A DNA stretch of 62,046 nt, filler included, from Dirinaria sp. TL-2023a (taxonomy: Eukaryota), in assembly GCA_051941275.1 (NCBI GenBank). It is 11 parts of 11 records of this genome, joined end to end, with 100 filler letters (N's around TTAATTAATTAA, not from the genome) between each part and the next. Parts side by side here need not be neighbours in the genome. Positions count along the whole stretch, not along the records: positions 22,648 to 28,202 come from JAVEBF010001638.1; positions 28,303 to 33,854 come from JAVEBF010001639.1; positions 33,955 to 39,502 come from JAVEBF010001640.1; 8 more parts are not named here. One strand, 5' to 3'. Both the position numbers and the translations under genes were made by a program. The notes beneath the pieces are model-generated. The model searched no databases and was not told where the DNA came from. It saw only the letters and a program-made list of their open reading frames with translations. Positions 26,946 through 38,307 of the stretch are shown piece after piece. How positions within the stretch are numbered: position 1 is the first letter of the stretch; every line of letters begins with the position of its first letter.

Positions 26946-28302
26946 TCGAGAACCAACATCGGGCATGGCGGTTCGAACATCGGCACACCTATTCTCGATC
27001 ACCAAGCAGGCGATGGCTTCTTTATTGTTGTCCTTTCACTTGACAAGGAGAGAGATGGCGCGCATAGCCCGATCCGCCAGTCGAAGATTTCCTTTCCTCA
27101 AGTCAGCGGGTTCTGGTCATCTGTCTGCGGACAGGAGCATGGTGTTGGGAAGCCTGGATAATCTGCGCGCCCGTTTGAGTGCGAGCAGGCTGGTCATCCG
27201 TCTTTCTCTGTGGGTAATCAATGCAATTTTACTCGTAAACCAAGCATCTCGATGTGCAAAGATTGAAAATTCGTGTGCTCGGCTACTATGCTATCTGCCC
27301 GCAATACCAATTCATAGAATACCGTAAGTGGCTTATCTCCCCCTTTTCCCCTTCCTTCCTGGTTTCTGTGCGCTCTCCGCTTTCCAGAAACCGGAAGTCG
27401 AGCAACTTCTCTATTTCGCTCCTTCTCCGTGATCTATCCCATGATCTCGTCCTTCGATCAGCAACGCGATTAAAAAAAAAAAAATTCTCACCACCCCCTT
27501 AATCCTCCCGGTGTTGGTCGTGACATCAGCTACTAGCTCTCTTCAAATCCACCCCAACCCCAACCTCTCGCTCTCCCTCTCGCTCTTCACCAAAACTTTC
27601 CCCCCATTTCCCTTGTTTGATAGTAGGCTCACCTTACCTTATCTATCTATCTACTTCCGTCTCCATACATACATACAATACTTACACCCACCCTCCCACC
27701 AACCGGGAACCGGGGTTCCGGTCCAATGACTTGATTGATTAGCTGATTATCTGTTCATTATTCTTCGTCCTCGTAAATCCCTAATCCCTTTCCCCCATTC
27801 AATCTCCTAAAACCTCGAATTCCTCACTTCCTTTCCTCCAAGATCCTGCACCAAAAAATCAGGTTTTTCTTCGGCCAGAAGGAAGGATGCATAGATAGAT
27901 GTTGACGTGATTTGTTCTTTCCTTTTTTTCTCATGATGAGCACACTGAGCCTTTTGTATGGTACCTTACTTTACCTATGGCACAAGCACGTGGGGTTTCA
28001 TCTAAGATATAGCGCGCCTTGGCGTCTCAAGATTGCTTATGTCATGACTTACGTCATCGTCTACTTTTCCTGAGCTCACTCTCTCTACCCAGGTAAGTAG
28101 CTCTCGAGCTTGCCTACCCTTCTATCCATACATCCATACCTATCATAAATCCTCCAGCTCTCCAGCTCTCCAACCCCAGATCCCTCTTCCCCCCCCCTCG
28201 CCNNNNNNNNNNNNNNNNNNNNNNNNNNNNNNNNNNNNNNNNNNNNTTAATTAATTAANNNNNNNNNNNNNNNNNNNNNNNNNNNNNNNNNNNNNNNNNN
28301 NN

Positions 28303-29097
28303 ATTCTTGAGATACTGAAAGACGTGTATGATGAAGTCAATAAAGAAAAGAAAATCAATCATGAGTATTATCATTTTAGAATGAGCATCGAGTTATTCAA
28401 TATTTTTTATTTCAAATTAATTAGAAATAATCGCATTTTTAAATATTTGAAGATGCAATTAATAACAGACTTGAAGCGAAAAATCACATATAAACTGCAG
28501 AATATGTTTGTTACTAAAGATGTTAAATTTACTAATTTATTTGAAATGAAGAATTTCTTGCAGATGATTGATATTAAACAACGCAATCTCATCTATAATA
28601 GAGCAGAATATGATCGACGATCAGCATCGCGTATTACATTCACGTCTAAACTCTTTATCGTATTTAATCGTTTTATCGATTATCGAACTCTCTTATCTAG
28701 AACATTGTCATCAAAATCATATCGCTCAGACGATCAACGTCAGAACGTTAATTCACTCAAACGATCTCATTGTTATGAATGTGAAAAGCTGAGTCATTTG
28801 ATCAAGAACTGTCCCGATCGCGATAAAAACAATCGAATTCACGAGATCTATATGAACTCGAATGACTCTGAGAGTCAATGATCATTAGAGAAAAAGCATG
28901 ATCATAAACATGATCAGACGAAAAACGCATAACTCTAGAGAGTGACGTTTCGAAAAACGATATAGTTATTTCAATTTCTAGCTTTGTTTACAATTTTTAT
29001 GAAAACACATCGCATAAAACAGCATTCATCGTGTCATGCATTTTGACGTCATCTTTTGAGCAAATCGATGACATCTGTCTTGTCGATACAAAGTCAA
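28303..29097 (+). mobile_element. Mutated Ty3/Gypsy gag (CCHC knuckle) and start of the aspartic protease, interrupted by an LTR
   Basis: CYECEKLSHLIKNCP matches CX2CX4HX4C. Downstream CLVDTKS resembles the protease LVDTGA motif and abuts the LTR at 29098. The sequence is AT-rich and CC/GG-depleted. Confidence 0.8.
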
Positions 29098-29344
29098 TGT
29101 CATGGCCTGCACAGCGCTCATAGGCATATGGGTACTACTAGACTAGGACACTAAGTATAAGGAAGAAAAGAAGGAAAAAACCAGAAGAAGCAGAAGTATA
29201 AGTACAGGAGGTGCAAGCAACAAATAGGGGATCGGGTATGCGGGTAACACGCCTAGGAGGGTATAGTGCAAAACCCCTTAATATCAGAGTCCTCAGGGTT
29301 CTTCAGGGTTCACACATAGGTGCTTTCAGGTCAGGTTCATGACA
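29098..29344 (-). repeat. 3' LTR of the mini-element (family 1)
   Basis: TGTCATG...CATGACA inverted termini. 18 substitutions versus the copy at 30166-30412 by manual alignment. Confidence 0.92.
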
Positions 29345-30165
29345 TTACCCCCTCCATCTAATTAGCAACGTCTCTGTTGCTGCCACCTCATATAGATTGT
29401 CTAAACAGATCTTGACGATGATGTCTGCCGCGCAGGGCTTTGAGGGTGTTATGGCGTTGAAGCGGGCCATGGCGCATAGGGTCAAAAGCATAATTATATA
29501 AACATGCATTGACGGTTTGGCGGGTTGTCGAGCGGTGCTTTCTTGAACTAATTGGCAGTTGTTTGCACCCAAATTTCCCAGGGGTCAACCCTTTTGCATG
29601 CCCTTATTTGGCGTTGGATTTGGTCCCACCATAACACAGGATGCCTAAGAAGGCCTTGAAGTGCCTGCCGCGCAGAGCTTTGAGGAGTGTCTGAACAGGC
29701 CTTGACGATGCCGTTGAAGCAGGCTCGCTGTAGGGAACGGAGGAGAAGAAGGAGTAGGATCGAAAAGAAGATAGGATTTCGAAGATGAGGTAGAAGCAAA
29801 GATAGACGGTGAGAGTGAGAAGAAAAAGATCTGCAGTTGCTTTTTTCTACTCGTGCAACGCTTAAAACGAGCGGTTTTTTTCTTCTTCTGACTATTGCTT
29901 TTGTTTACTCGTGCAATGTCAAAACGAGTGATCTTCTGTCTTTGTCGTGTAAGAACTTTCCGCATCGATGATGACACGAACTTGAGTCTGCAGTTGCTTT
30001 GTTCTACTCGTGCAACGTTTAAAACGAGCCTTTTATCTTCGCCGTGTAAGGATTTCCCGCATTCTGTCGAGGATGACACGAACTTGAGAGAAGATGACGA
30101 TGATTTAACTCGTTCGTCGCGAGTGTGAATTTTACATCGCTCTTCACGATAGATACTTAGTGTAA

Positions 30166-30412
30166 TGTCAAGGTCTGCACAGCGCTCATAGGCATATGAG
30201 TACTACTAGACCAGAATACTAAGTATAAGGAAGAAAAGAAGAAAAAAACCAGAAGAAGCAGAAGTATAAGTACAGAAGATGCAAGCAACAAATAGGGGGT
30301 CGGGTATGCGGATAACACGTCTAGAAGGATATAGTGCAAAACCCCTTAATATCAGAGTCCTCAGGGTCCTTCAGAGTCCACACATAGGTGCTTTCAGATC
30401 AGGTTCATGACA
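30166..30412 (-). repeat. 5' LTR of the mini-element (family 1)
   Basis: Same 247-bp sequence as 29098-29344, followed on the minus strand by the PBS-like 13-mer. Confidence 0.92.
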
Positions 30413-30846
30413 ACAATAACGTTGTCGCGTATTGTTTTCTGTGCGCTCGCGATGCTCATGATCGTTATTTTCGCTTCATTGCTTTTTTTCTGCACGTGTT
30501 TCTTTTTTTGTACAGCTTTTTCAAGTCTTTTGATCATTTTCTCAAATCGCGCAATCATCGCATCGTTATCATTTTATGTAATCGAAATAATTGCGATTTC
30601 GCTCTGACGCATCTTTGCGCGAATCATGTCGAACAAATTCTGTAGTTTAGTCATCGACATTATTTCGCTGACATTGATTTTTTTAAACTCATAAAATCTC
30701 ACAATCTTATTTATCTCATTCAATATTTCGCTCGATTCTGATATTTTTCTCTGCGAAAACGTCTCGATAATGTCTCGTTCATTTGTCGACGTCGCGTCGA
30801 TCGCGTTTATCTCATCGCGACGATTAAAATGAATCGCGAATCTCAT
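30413..30846 (-). mobile_element. Mutated retroelement structural-ORF fragment (gag or LINE ORF1-like, unresolved)
   Basis: CC/GG-depleted. The coiled-coil-like reading ...MTKLQNLFDMIRAKMRQSE...IARFEKMIKRLEKAV is broken by a stop and lies opposite to the flanking pol. Confidence 0.4.
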
Positions 30847-31241
30847 TGTCAGTGATAATTCTCAGTAATTTTTCGAATTCAAAGATAGTTTTAATTGATA
30901 ATATGATCGAGTTCTTATATTATTATTTCTCGAGTAAGTCAGTCTTTAATAAATTCAATTTCAAAATAATGTATCAAACGAGAGTCAAAAACGTTAAGAT
31001 CGATGCATTAACTCGTCGTTCTGACGATGCTTCACAGAACGACGATGAACGCATTCAATATCAATATCGCATCTTATTAATCTCGAATAAATTAAAAATT
31101 TACGCAATTGAACTCGATTCACAGACTCTCATTCATGATCGTATTCTTAATGTCAATCGCGATGACGAAGAATGTAACGATATTCGTCGATTAATCGAGC
31201 AAGAAAAATCTCATTATAAGAGAATATCTTTTGTAGAATAT

Positions 31242-31459
31242 TGTTACGAGCATGCATCTGATATACTACCTGAGGCAACATCTTTCAGAGCTCTCAGAGA
31301 TAATGCGCTAACTCGATCGAGATGTTTACCCGAAACTCGCACACACGCATATATACTCGGGACTCTTTATTGTATCTAGTTTTTCTTCTTCTTCTTTCCT
31401 TAGTGATAATATCTTAGTTAACTATATCTGCATTGACTTGCTCTGCATCGATTCTAACA
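31242..31459. mobile_element. Solo LTR (family 3) with 5-bp TSD AATAT
   Basis: TGTTA...TAACA, 218 bp, flanked by AATAT at 31237-31241 and 31460-31464. Confidence 0.9.
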
Positions 31460-31707
31460 AATATTTTATCAACGACATCTTATATTATTAAAATCGTTTA
31501 TAAGTTCTCAGTAATATAATCTTGCTAGTCGATTTACTAAAAGAAACTCACGAGACATCTATGATAGATTATCTCGACATCGCAAAAACAATGACTTTAG
31601 TGCGACGTTATTATTATTGACTCAGAATGAAGCAAATTATTATGCAATTCGTGCGCAATTATTATGAATGTTTGAGATTCAAATCCTCTCTGAACAAGTA
31701 TAACGAC

Positions 31708-31922
31708 TGTTAGAACCCGTGCAGAGCTCAGATCAATGCAGATATGATTAACTAAGATATTATCACTAAGAAAAGAAAGAAGAAGAAAAGCTAGATACAA
31801 TAGAGAGTCTCAGATATATATGCGCTTGTGCGAGTAAGAAACTTTATTGAGTTTGGCGTATAATCCCTGAAAAGTCTGAGCAAGTGCCTGAAGTCAAAAC
31901 CTCTAGGTTCATGCTCGTAACA
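31708..31922. mobile_element. Solo LTR (family 3, opposite orientation) with 5-bp TSD ACGAC
   Basis: TGTTA...TAACA, 215 bp, similar to the reverse complement of 31242-31459. ACGAC at 31703-31707 and 31923-31927. Confidence 0.9.
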
Positions 31923-32995
31923 ACGACTTGTTAATTCTCGCACAAGTATCTCAGCGTCGATGACAGAATATCTCAATTGATTTCGTTATCGAATTGTTTA
32001 AGTCAAAAGAAAAGAACGCAATTTATATCATCATCGATAAACTGACGAAAAAACGATATTACATATCGTGTACAACATTAAATAAAAACACAATTGCAGA
32101 GATTATCGCGCGCATCTTAATCAAATGAGTATTTCGTACACACGAATTGTCTAATTTTATAATCTCAGATCGAGACTCTCAGTTTGTGATTATCGTTTGA
32201 AAACACTTCTGCAAACTTTTAAACATTATCGTCAAATTATCAATTATCGATCATTTAGAATCCGATGATCAAATCGAACGCGTCAATCAGAATGTGAAAA
32301 AACAATTACGTTTATATTGCAATTATATGCAGAATGACTGAAAGAATTTATTATCTATCGCCGAATTCGCTGACAGCAACGTCGTTGTCGCGAAAATCGA
32401 AATGATCTCTTTTTATGTCAACAAAGAATTTTATCCGCGTATAACTTTTATCTCAGATGACACTCAGTACGCGACGACACGTGATCGCATACAGACTGCA
32501 AAGACAGAGAACATCGCGGACATTATGCAAAAGATGATAGATCTTATACGTAATAACGCGAAGAAGTCGCAGCAGACAATGAAGATGCAAGCGAATAAAC
32601 ATCGCAAGAAAGTCAATTATGAAGTTGACGATCTAGTATTTCTTTCGAGCAAAAATATAAGCACTGATTGACTCTCACTTAAGTTAAAAGATAAAATGTT
32701 AAGCTCGTTCTCGATAACAAATCGCGTTAACGTCTCATATGAGTTAGAACTGCTCAAAACAATGAGAATACACAACGTCATACATCTTAATCTACTTTGT
32801 AAAGACCTCGATGATTCTTTATTAGATCAAATACGCGAGTCTTCTAAGAAAATCGTCACGAACGACGACGACGAATGAGAATTAATCGAAGTCGTTAGTT
32901 CTAGATAACATTTCGATCGACTGCAATATTAATGTCGATGAATGAATGAGAGACAACGCGATAAAATCTAATACAACACTGATAAAAGTGAATTT

Positions 32996-33854
32996 TGTCA
33001 TGAATCTAGATCTGAAGCATCTTAGATCAGATCACATGATCAGATCACATGATCAGACTCAGCGTTCTCTCGAATCGATATTGCTTCGAATCTCTATTTG
33101 AGTCTTTCTGTAGATAGATTTTCTTTTCTTTTCTTCTTCATAGTTAGTGTTCTAGTTTACTAGCACTCATATGTCATTGAGCGCTGTGCAGATTCTGACA
33201 TTACACTAACTATCACTCTTATCTTTGCACTCGTCGACGTTGCACGAGTAGATCAAGCAATTGCAATAAAAGACTTTATAATTATAAAAATCAGAATGTC
33301 TAGACAGATATCAGACTCTCGAGCACAGCTCACTCAGACTCAGATCTTCTCGATCGTCAATGATCTCATTGACGATGCGATTTATCTGTCTCAGACGATG
33401 AAAGATCTATTAAAGAAGACGACAAATCGCCGCGTGTCGATACTGTTAAAAGAATCAGAAGATTTCTTTTCGAGAACAAATCAAGCAGACTTCTCGAATT
33501 TCATCAACACTGTCGATCAATTGAAGCATTGAGTTCGCAACGACGACAATGCAGTACTCGATTTTATTAAGAAATATCGATTGAAGCGCGATGCAGCATT
33601 ACGCTGTCTAGAAGATTGAAGCATTATGATGAACATGAGAGATAAGACAATGAATCAGATCAGACGTGTTTAAGATAAACTTCAAATGACTAAACAAGAC
33701 TTTGAGAATGAGAAAATCATGAATTTAAGTCTCAATGATCAGTTGCAAGAAAAGAACGATGTGATACGAGATCGCGATATTGAGATATCGACATTGAAAG
33801 AGCAATTGCTCGTTGTCGAGATTGTTGACTCTGATGAAAACTCGATTCACTCGA
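32996..33854 (+). mobile_element. 5' LTR (32996-33200, family 2, related to family 1), PBS, leader and mutated gag start, inserted in the chromodomain
   Basis: TGTCATG...GAGCGCTGTGCAGATTCTGACA shares both ends with the reverse complement of the family-1 LTR. It is followed by TTACACTAACTAT and an ORF from 33296 broken by stops. Internal tandem GATCAGATCACAT. Confidence 0.85.
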
Positions 33855-33954
33855 NNNNNNNNNNNNNNNNNNNNNNNNNNNNNNNNNNNNNNNNNNNNTT
33901 AATTAATTAANNNNNNNNNNNNNNNNNNNNNNNNNNNNNNNNNNNNNNNNNNNN

Positions 33955-36900
33955 CCCTCCCTCTCCCTCTCCCTCTCTCTCTCTCTCGCCCGCCTCACAA
34001 TCTCCTCGGGCCCGCGCTCGAACATCTCGAAATACTCGGCCGCGCGCACCAGCGCGGCGCGCGGTTCCAGGGTCTTGAGGTTCTGCTGCAGGACGAGGAT
34101 GTTGAGCTGCATGCGGGCGCAGCCGGGGGCATTCATGGCGCCTGTGAGGAGGGTGGGCACGAGGGCGATGATGGCGCTGTCGATGAGCGCGGCAAGGCCG
34201 CTGGTTATGAAGCGCTGCGCGGCGCGGGGCAGGAGGGTCGTCAGGGTGTCTGAGAAGGAGAGGAGGTCGCTGTTGAGTTGCAGGACGGAGGGGTCCGGTT
34301 CTTGGGTTGGGTGGGTGAGGAGGTAGGGCGCTGCGAGGGTGCGGGAGAGCATGTGGATTGTTCCCGCGCGGATGTCGAGGTGCAGGGTGTAGAGTGTGGT
34401 GAGGGATAGGGCGCGGATGGAGGAGAGGACCTGGTCGAAGGACGAGGCGGTTGCGGAGGTGAGAGGCAGGTGGATCGCTGGGCTGCTCGAGGCGCTGCTG
34501 GTTTGCAGGCTGAGTAATGTCCACCGCCCTTTGGAGGTTGGATCGGTGGATGGTTCCGGGGTGATGTGCCGCATTGCGGCGAGCCGGGTGGAGAGCCAGG
34601 TCATGCTCGTGTGCAGGAGGCAGAGCGCGGACACGCTGCGGCGGTCGGAGATGATATCTGCAGGCTGGAAGGGGGTTTCTTGGTTGGCGGATAGGAGCAG
34701 GCTGATTTCTTTGCGGAAGAGCTCGTCTTGATCTGAGTTGTCGCCATTCCAGAGTTCTTCGCAGTTTGCGCGCAGCTCTCCGTTTTCTGCCATGGAGGCT
34801 GCGGGCTTCAGACGAAGAAGGTCGTTTTCATCTTGCATTCGTGGGCGAGCAACAACCCCTGGAGGCATTAGCAAAAGTTACGAGAAAGGGAGAAATGTTG
34901 GTCCTACCTCGATACCAGTCATAGCATTTATTGTAGTATGCGACGATCTGCGAAATGATCAACTCGCTATGGGCTTGGTCTTGAGGTATAGTATCGAGCA
35001 GCTTGCAGAACGCTTGAACGAGTGCAAGAAACGTGCATGTGCCCTATTCCTGTGTTCAGCTGCCTGGTCGGTAGTTGGCAATGTGGAGGACGATATACCT
35101 TGAAGATGGGTCTTGCAGCATGTTGAGCCCACTGTGATGCTTTCTGAAAAGCATCAAGCTCCATAAAGGACTGCGTACAAAGCTCAACTACGGTTTCCTC
35201 CAATTGAGGATAAAAAACGTTGACAAGGAAGTCATCGAGAAAGGAAGTTAGTGTACTGATCGCAATACCCGAGTCTGGCGGTACGATGTCTTTCAGTCGT
35301 TGAAGGAATGATAGTGATGGTGGTAACAAAAGGCTGATATTGAAGACGTTGGGGTCGATGAGCAACTTATGGCCAGCGACCGGGCCATCGGTTGCTGGGA
35401 CACTATTGTTATTGCCCAATGCGGAGCGTCTCTGAGACTTAGATACCAGACCGGGTACAGATGCTTTGAGGATCTGATCTAATTCTTCTTGTTGTAACGC
35501 TAGATCGGTAGACTTCTGGTTTATTTCCGCCAATCTGAAGACGCGCTATGTAAAGTCAGCCAAGAAGCTACATGGGACGAGCAAGATACGTACTTTGTTC
35601 TTATCTCTGGGGTTCCTCTGGAATACATTGGCGTCTGCAGTGGGCATTCGACCTAACCGGGTCGAAACATCGCCGTCTGTTGCAAGATAATCATGCAACA
35701 AGGACCGCATCTGAACATGTTAGAAGAGTCTTATCAGGCTAAGCGGAGGGCATACCTCGCTTTGGTACAATTTCCACATCTCATTGAAGCCGCCCATCAG
35801 ATTATTGCGATTGCGAAACCCTTCACGTTTGGTAATCCCCACAACTACGTCGTGCACAGCACGGTGTCCTTCGGCAATCGCTTCGAATTTAGAGTACAAC
35901 GTCCAGAGTAGATCGTTCAAAACATCTTTTCGATTCTCATCGTCAATCCCAGGATCCAAAGCACCTATTTCGGGTCTATGAAGGCTTCGCAGATGAGACG
36001 GATGTCGCAAGTCAACTTCCTGATTTGTTCGCTCGACAATCTGGAAGAGCTCTATAGGCAGTCGCTGCTCCATTTTCTCAACAGCAGCATCCAGATGACC
36101 CATTCTGTGTAATGCTTCGAGTATCAAGTGCATATATTGAAAGGTGTTAGCTTCTGGATTTCTAAACGCATTTTCTTCCATCTACGTATCGCCAGTCAGC
36201 TGCCAAGGCTTGAAAGGTCGGAACGACATTTACCGGTGCTGAAACATCTAAGCCCTCAAGAAAGCGGTACAAGGGCCTCTCCCAGGCATTGGCTGCGTAC
36301 GATATCAGCAGCGTACAGGGTAATGACCAGCATACATACGAGTGGCTGTTGAGACATTCTCCGACGCTCGTGCACTCGATAAATTAGAGTAGGGCTTCCA
36401 GCGATCCTGACAATAAGGCGACTTGAGATAGACATGGTCATGGAGTTCCTCGATCAATATGTCAGTCAATGACTACTCTGGTGTCAGCGTTGCACCTAGT
36501 AAAGAAGCGTAATGACGGACGGTTTCCTGGTTGCTAAAATATATTCTGAGATCTGCCAGTGCCCCAATGGCTTCCATGTCGGACCGCCTAATGATGCGCA
36601 AGGCATCTTGTAACAAATCCACGGCAAGGAGAAAATGCTTGTCTGATATCCGTGCGTCAAGCTGTTCAGGAACGAGCTGTAATTTCTCACTGCCATGCCT
36701 GATTAGACAGTTCAGAAAACGAACTTCGCCAGACATACCTACATTTGCCCTAAGATCTGGAGCATGTCATCGTAGCTTTGCGATGAAGCACCCATGCCTT
36801 TCAGTTCCGGTCTTGCTGTCATAAGATTTGACTTGGCATCCAGGACTGAATTACGCAAGGTTCTGACACGGTTTTGGGAAGCCTGGATGCTTGATTGAAT

Positions 36901-37655
36901 GCTGTGAAACGTTCCGATCGAGCTATTGAACCCCTGATGATGCTCTGGTGAAGTCAGAAAGCCGCCCTTATTTTCTTCCGTTGATCTATTTTACCATTGA
37001 CAATTGCTTTGAGAGCCTTGTGCAGTTGCTTGCTAGTTCTCTGGAAGTCGGGATAATCACTACCACGACCGAGAGAACTGTGGTCCATCAATTGCAGAGC
37101 AATGTGTACGGGTACACAGTTATCGCGCGTCATCACATCCCAGTTTTCCTCAATGTGCTGAAGTACGTCTATTTTCGGTCAGCCTCGTGCGAATCGATCG
37201 AATCCAGTATTTCGGGCAGTCGAGTATATAGTCGGGATGGAGCCACATGCGTGAAATTTTCTAGGATGACGCAAAGAAAGGTTCTGCGACTAGCCTTCGA
37301 TTTGCCTTCCTCCAGGGCCATTGCCGTACATCCTGGCACTATTCAAGCTTGGACCGTCGCGCTCCTTGCTCCTGCGCCGCTCGTTATATCCAGCCCCATC
37401 TCTTTCTGGACTTTGGCGAGTGTTTTCTCCATTTGAGAGTCCGCCAAGCGCACGTTGGCGGAACGACGAGGGTTCATACTGGTCGCTTGGTGACGAGAGG
37501 TTGTCGCCCAAAAAACCGCCGTATCCACCTGCTCGTCGTGCGCGACTGACGGGCCCGGGACTTCCATCATGGCGATCACCGCTGTAGCCGTTCGATGTCT
37601 CGCGCCCATAGCTGCCGTTCAAATAACTGTTGCTCCCATTTTGCGAATAGGACAT
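33955..37655 (-). CDS. SEC8: Exocyst subunit Sec8, multi-exon, 3' end truncated by the gap
   Basis: Typical segments: CVPVHIALQLMDHSSLGR, KALKAIVN, VPEQLDARISDKHFLLAVDLLQ, RLPIELFQIVERTN, GHKLLIDPNVFNISLLLPPSLSFLQRLK, GCARMQLNILVLQQNLK. Confidence 0.9.
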
Positions 37656-38307
37656 CCTAGATTCTTGAAGAGAAGGTCCACAACATCAAGTCATCGTAAA
37701 CAAAGCAATGCATTTGGGTCTAGCATTCGGAGGCGATCAAGTTCCCTTTGGATTCGGTCATGACTGATCTCGCGTGACTCTGATTCCCCAAAAGAATATT
37801 CTTCACTGCTGACAGCATTCGTCCTGAACATGGCGAGCATGGATAATCGTATGCTCGGAAATTCGGTCCGCCTTCTGCCCCTGACTCATGATTGGTACAA
37901 AATCTCGGCCCGTTCCGCACCATCTCAGGTCTTGGCATCAACGCTCAGACTTCGATTTTGAATGAAGATGAGAAAAAAAAAAAAAAAAAAGGAATGAGTC
38001 AAACATGTAGATTGAAATGCATATAGTCGGGGGCCATCTCGCAATTTGAGATCGCTATGTGTTCATGATTTGTTTAAGACTGCGATATCGTTTAATTCCT
38101 CGTAAGCAATCCAAAGGTCAGATTCTAATATTTCTCAACGAATCTCGAAATTATTATATTTCTGTTTGAATCTGAGAATCTCTTTTTGCTCTTACTGACG
38201 GCCCTTGGAGAGGTGCTGCGCATGGAACGCCATGCTCCAAGAGCCACACGCTACAAAATTGTCATAAGGCTTGATAGATAGAAGGAGTCATTAGCGGGTA
38301 TTGCACG

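Larger units (their letters stand above)
29098..30412 (-). mobile_element. Non-autonomous LTR mini-retrotransposon (TRIM-like): two 247-bp LTRs around an 821-bp internal region
   Basis: Direct repeats 29098-29344 and 30166-30412 both run TGTCA...TGACA. On the minus strand a PBS-position sequence TTACACTAAGTAT follows the 5' LTR and a polypurine tract GATGGAGGGGG precedes the 3' LTR. Confidence 0.85.
30940..32995 (+). mobile_element. Mutated chromovirus pol: RNase H end, integrase (HHCC and core) and chromodomain, split by two solo LTRs
   Basis: FNFKIMYQTRVKNVKIDALTRR (RNase H end); HE...RHRKN...RYYY*..M..FVRNYYEC (integrase zinc region); IISDRDSQF...*KHFC, DDQIERVNQ; V*YELEL..TMRIHNVIH-like GPY/F region; chromodomain-like E*ELIEVVSSR*HFDRLQY*CR*. 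Trp codons appear as TGA. Confidence 0.88.

Noticed and set aside
32100..32990. In-frame TGA at Trp positions suggesting genetic code 4 or readthrough
   Set aside because: Explained by GG>GA hypermutation. Host genes use TGG for Trp and TGA as stop (for example CDC42).
33955..33990. Poly-(RE) tail in Sec8
   Set aside because: A GA microsatellite at a contig end, with unreliable length and frame.
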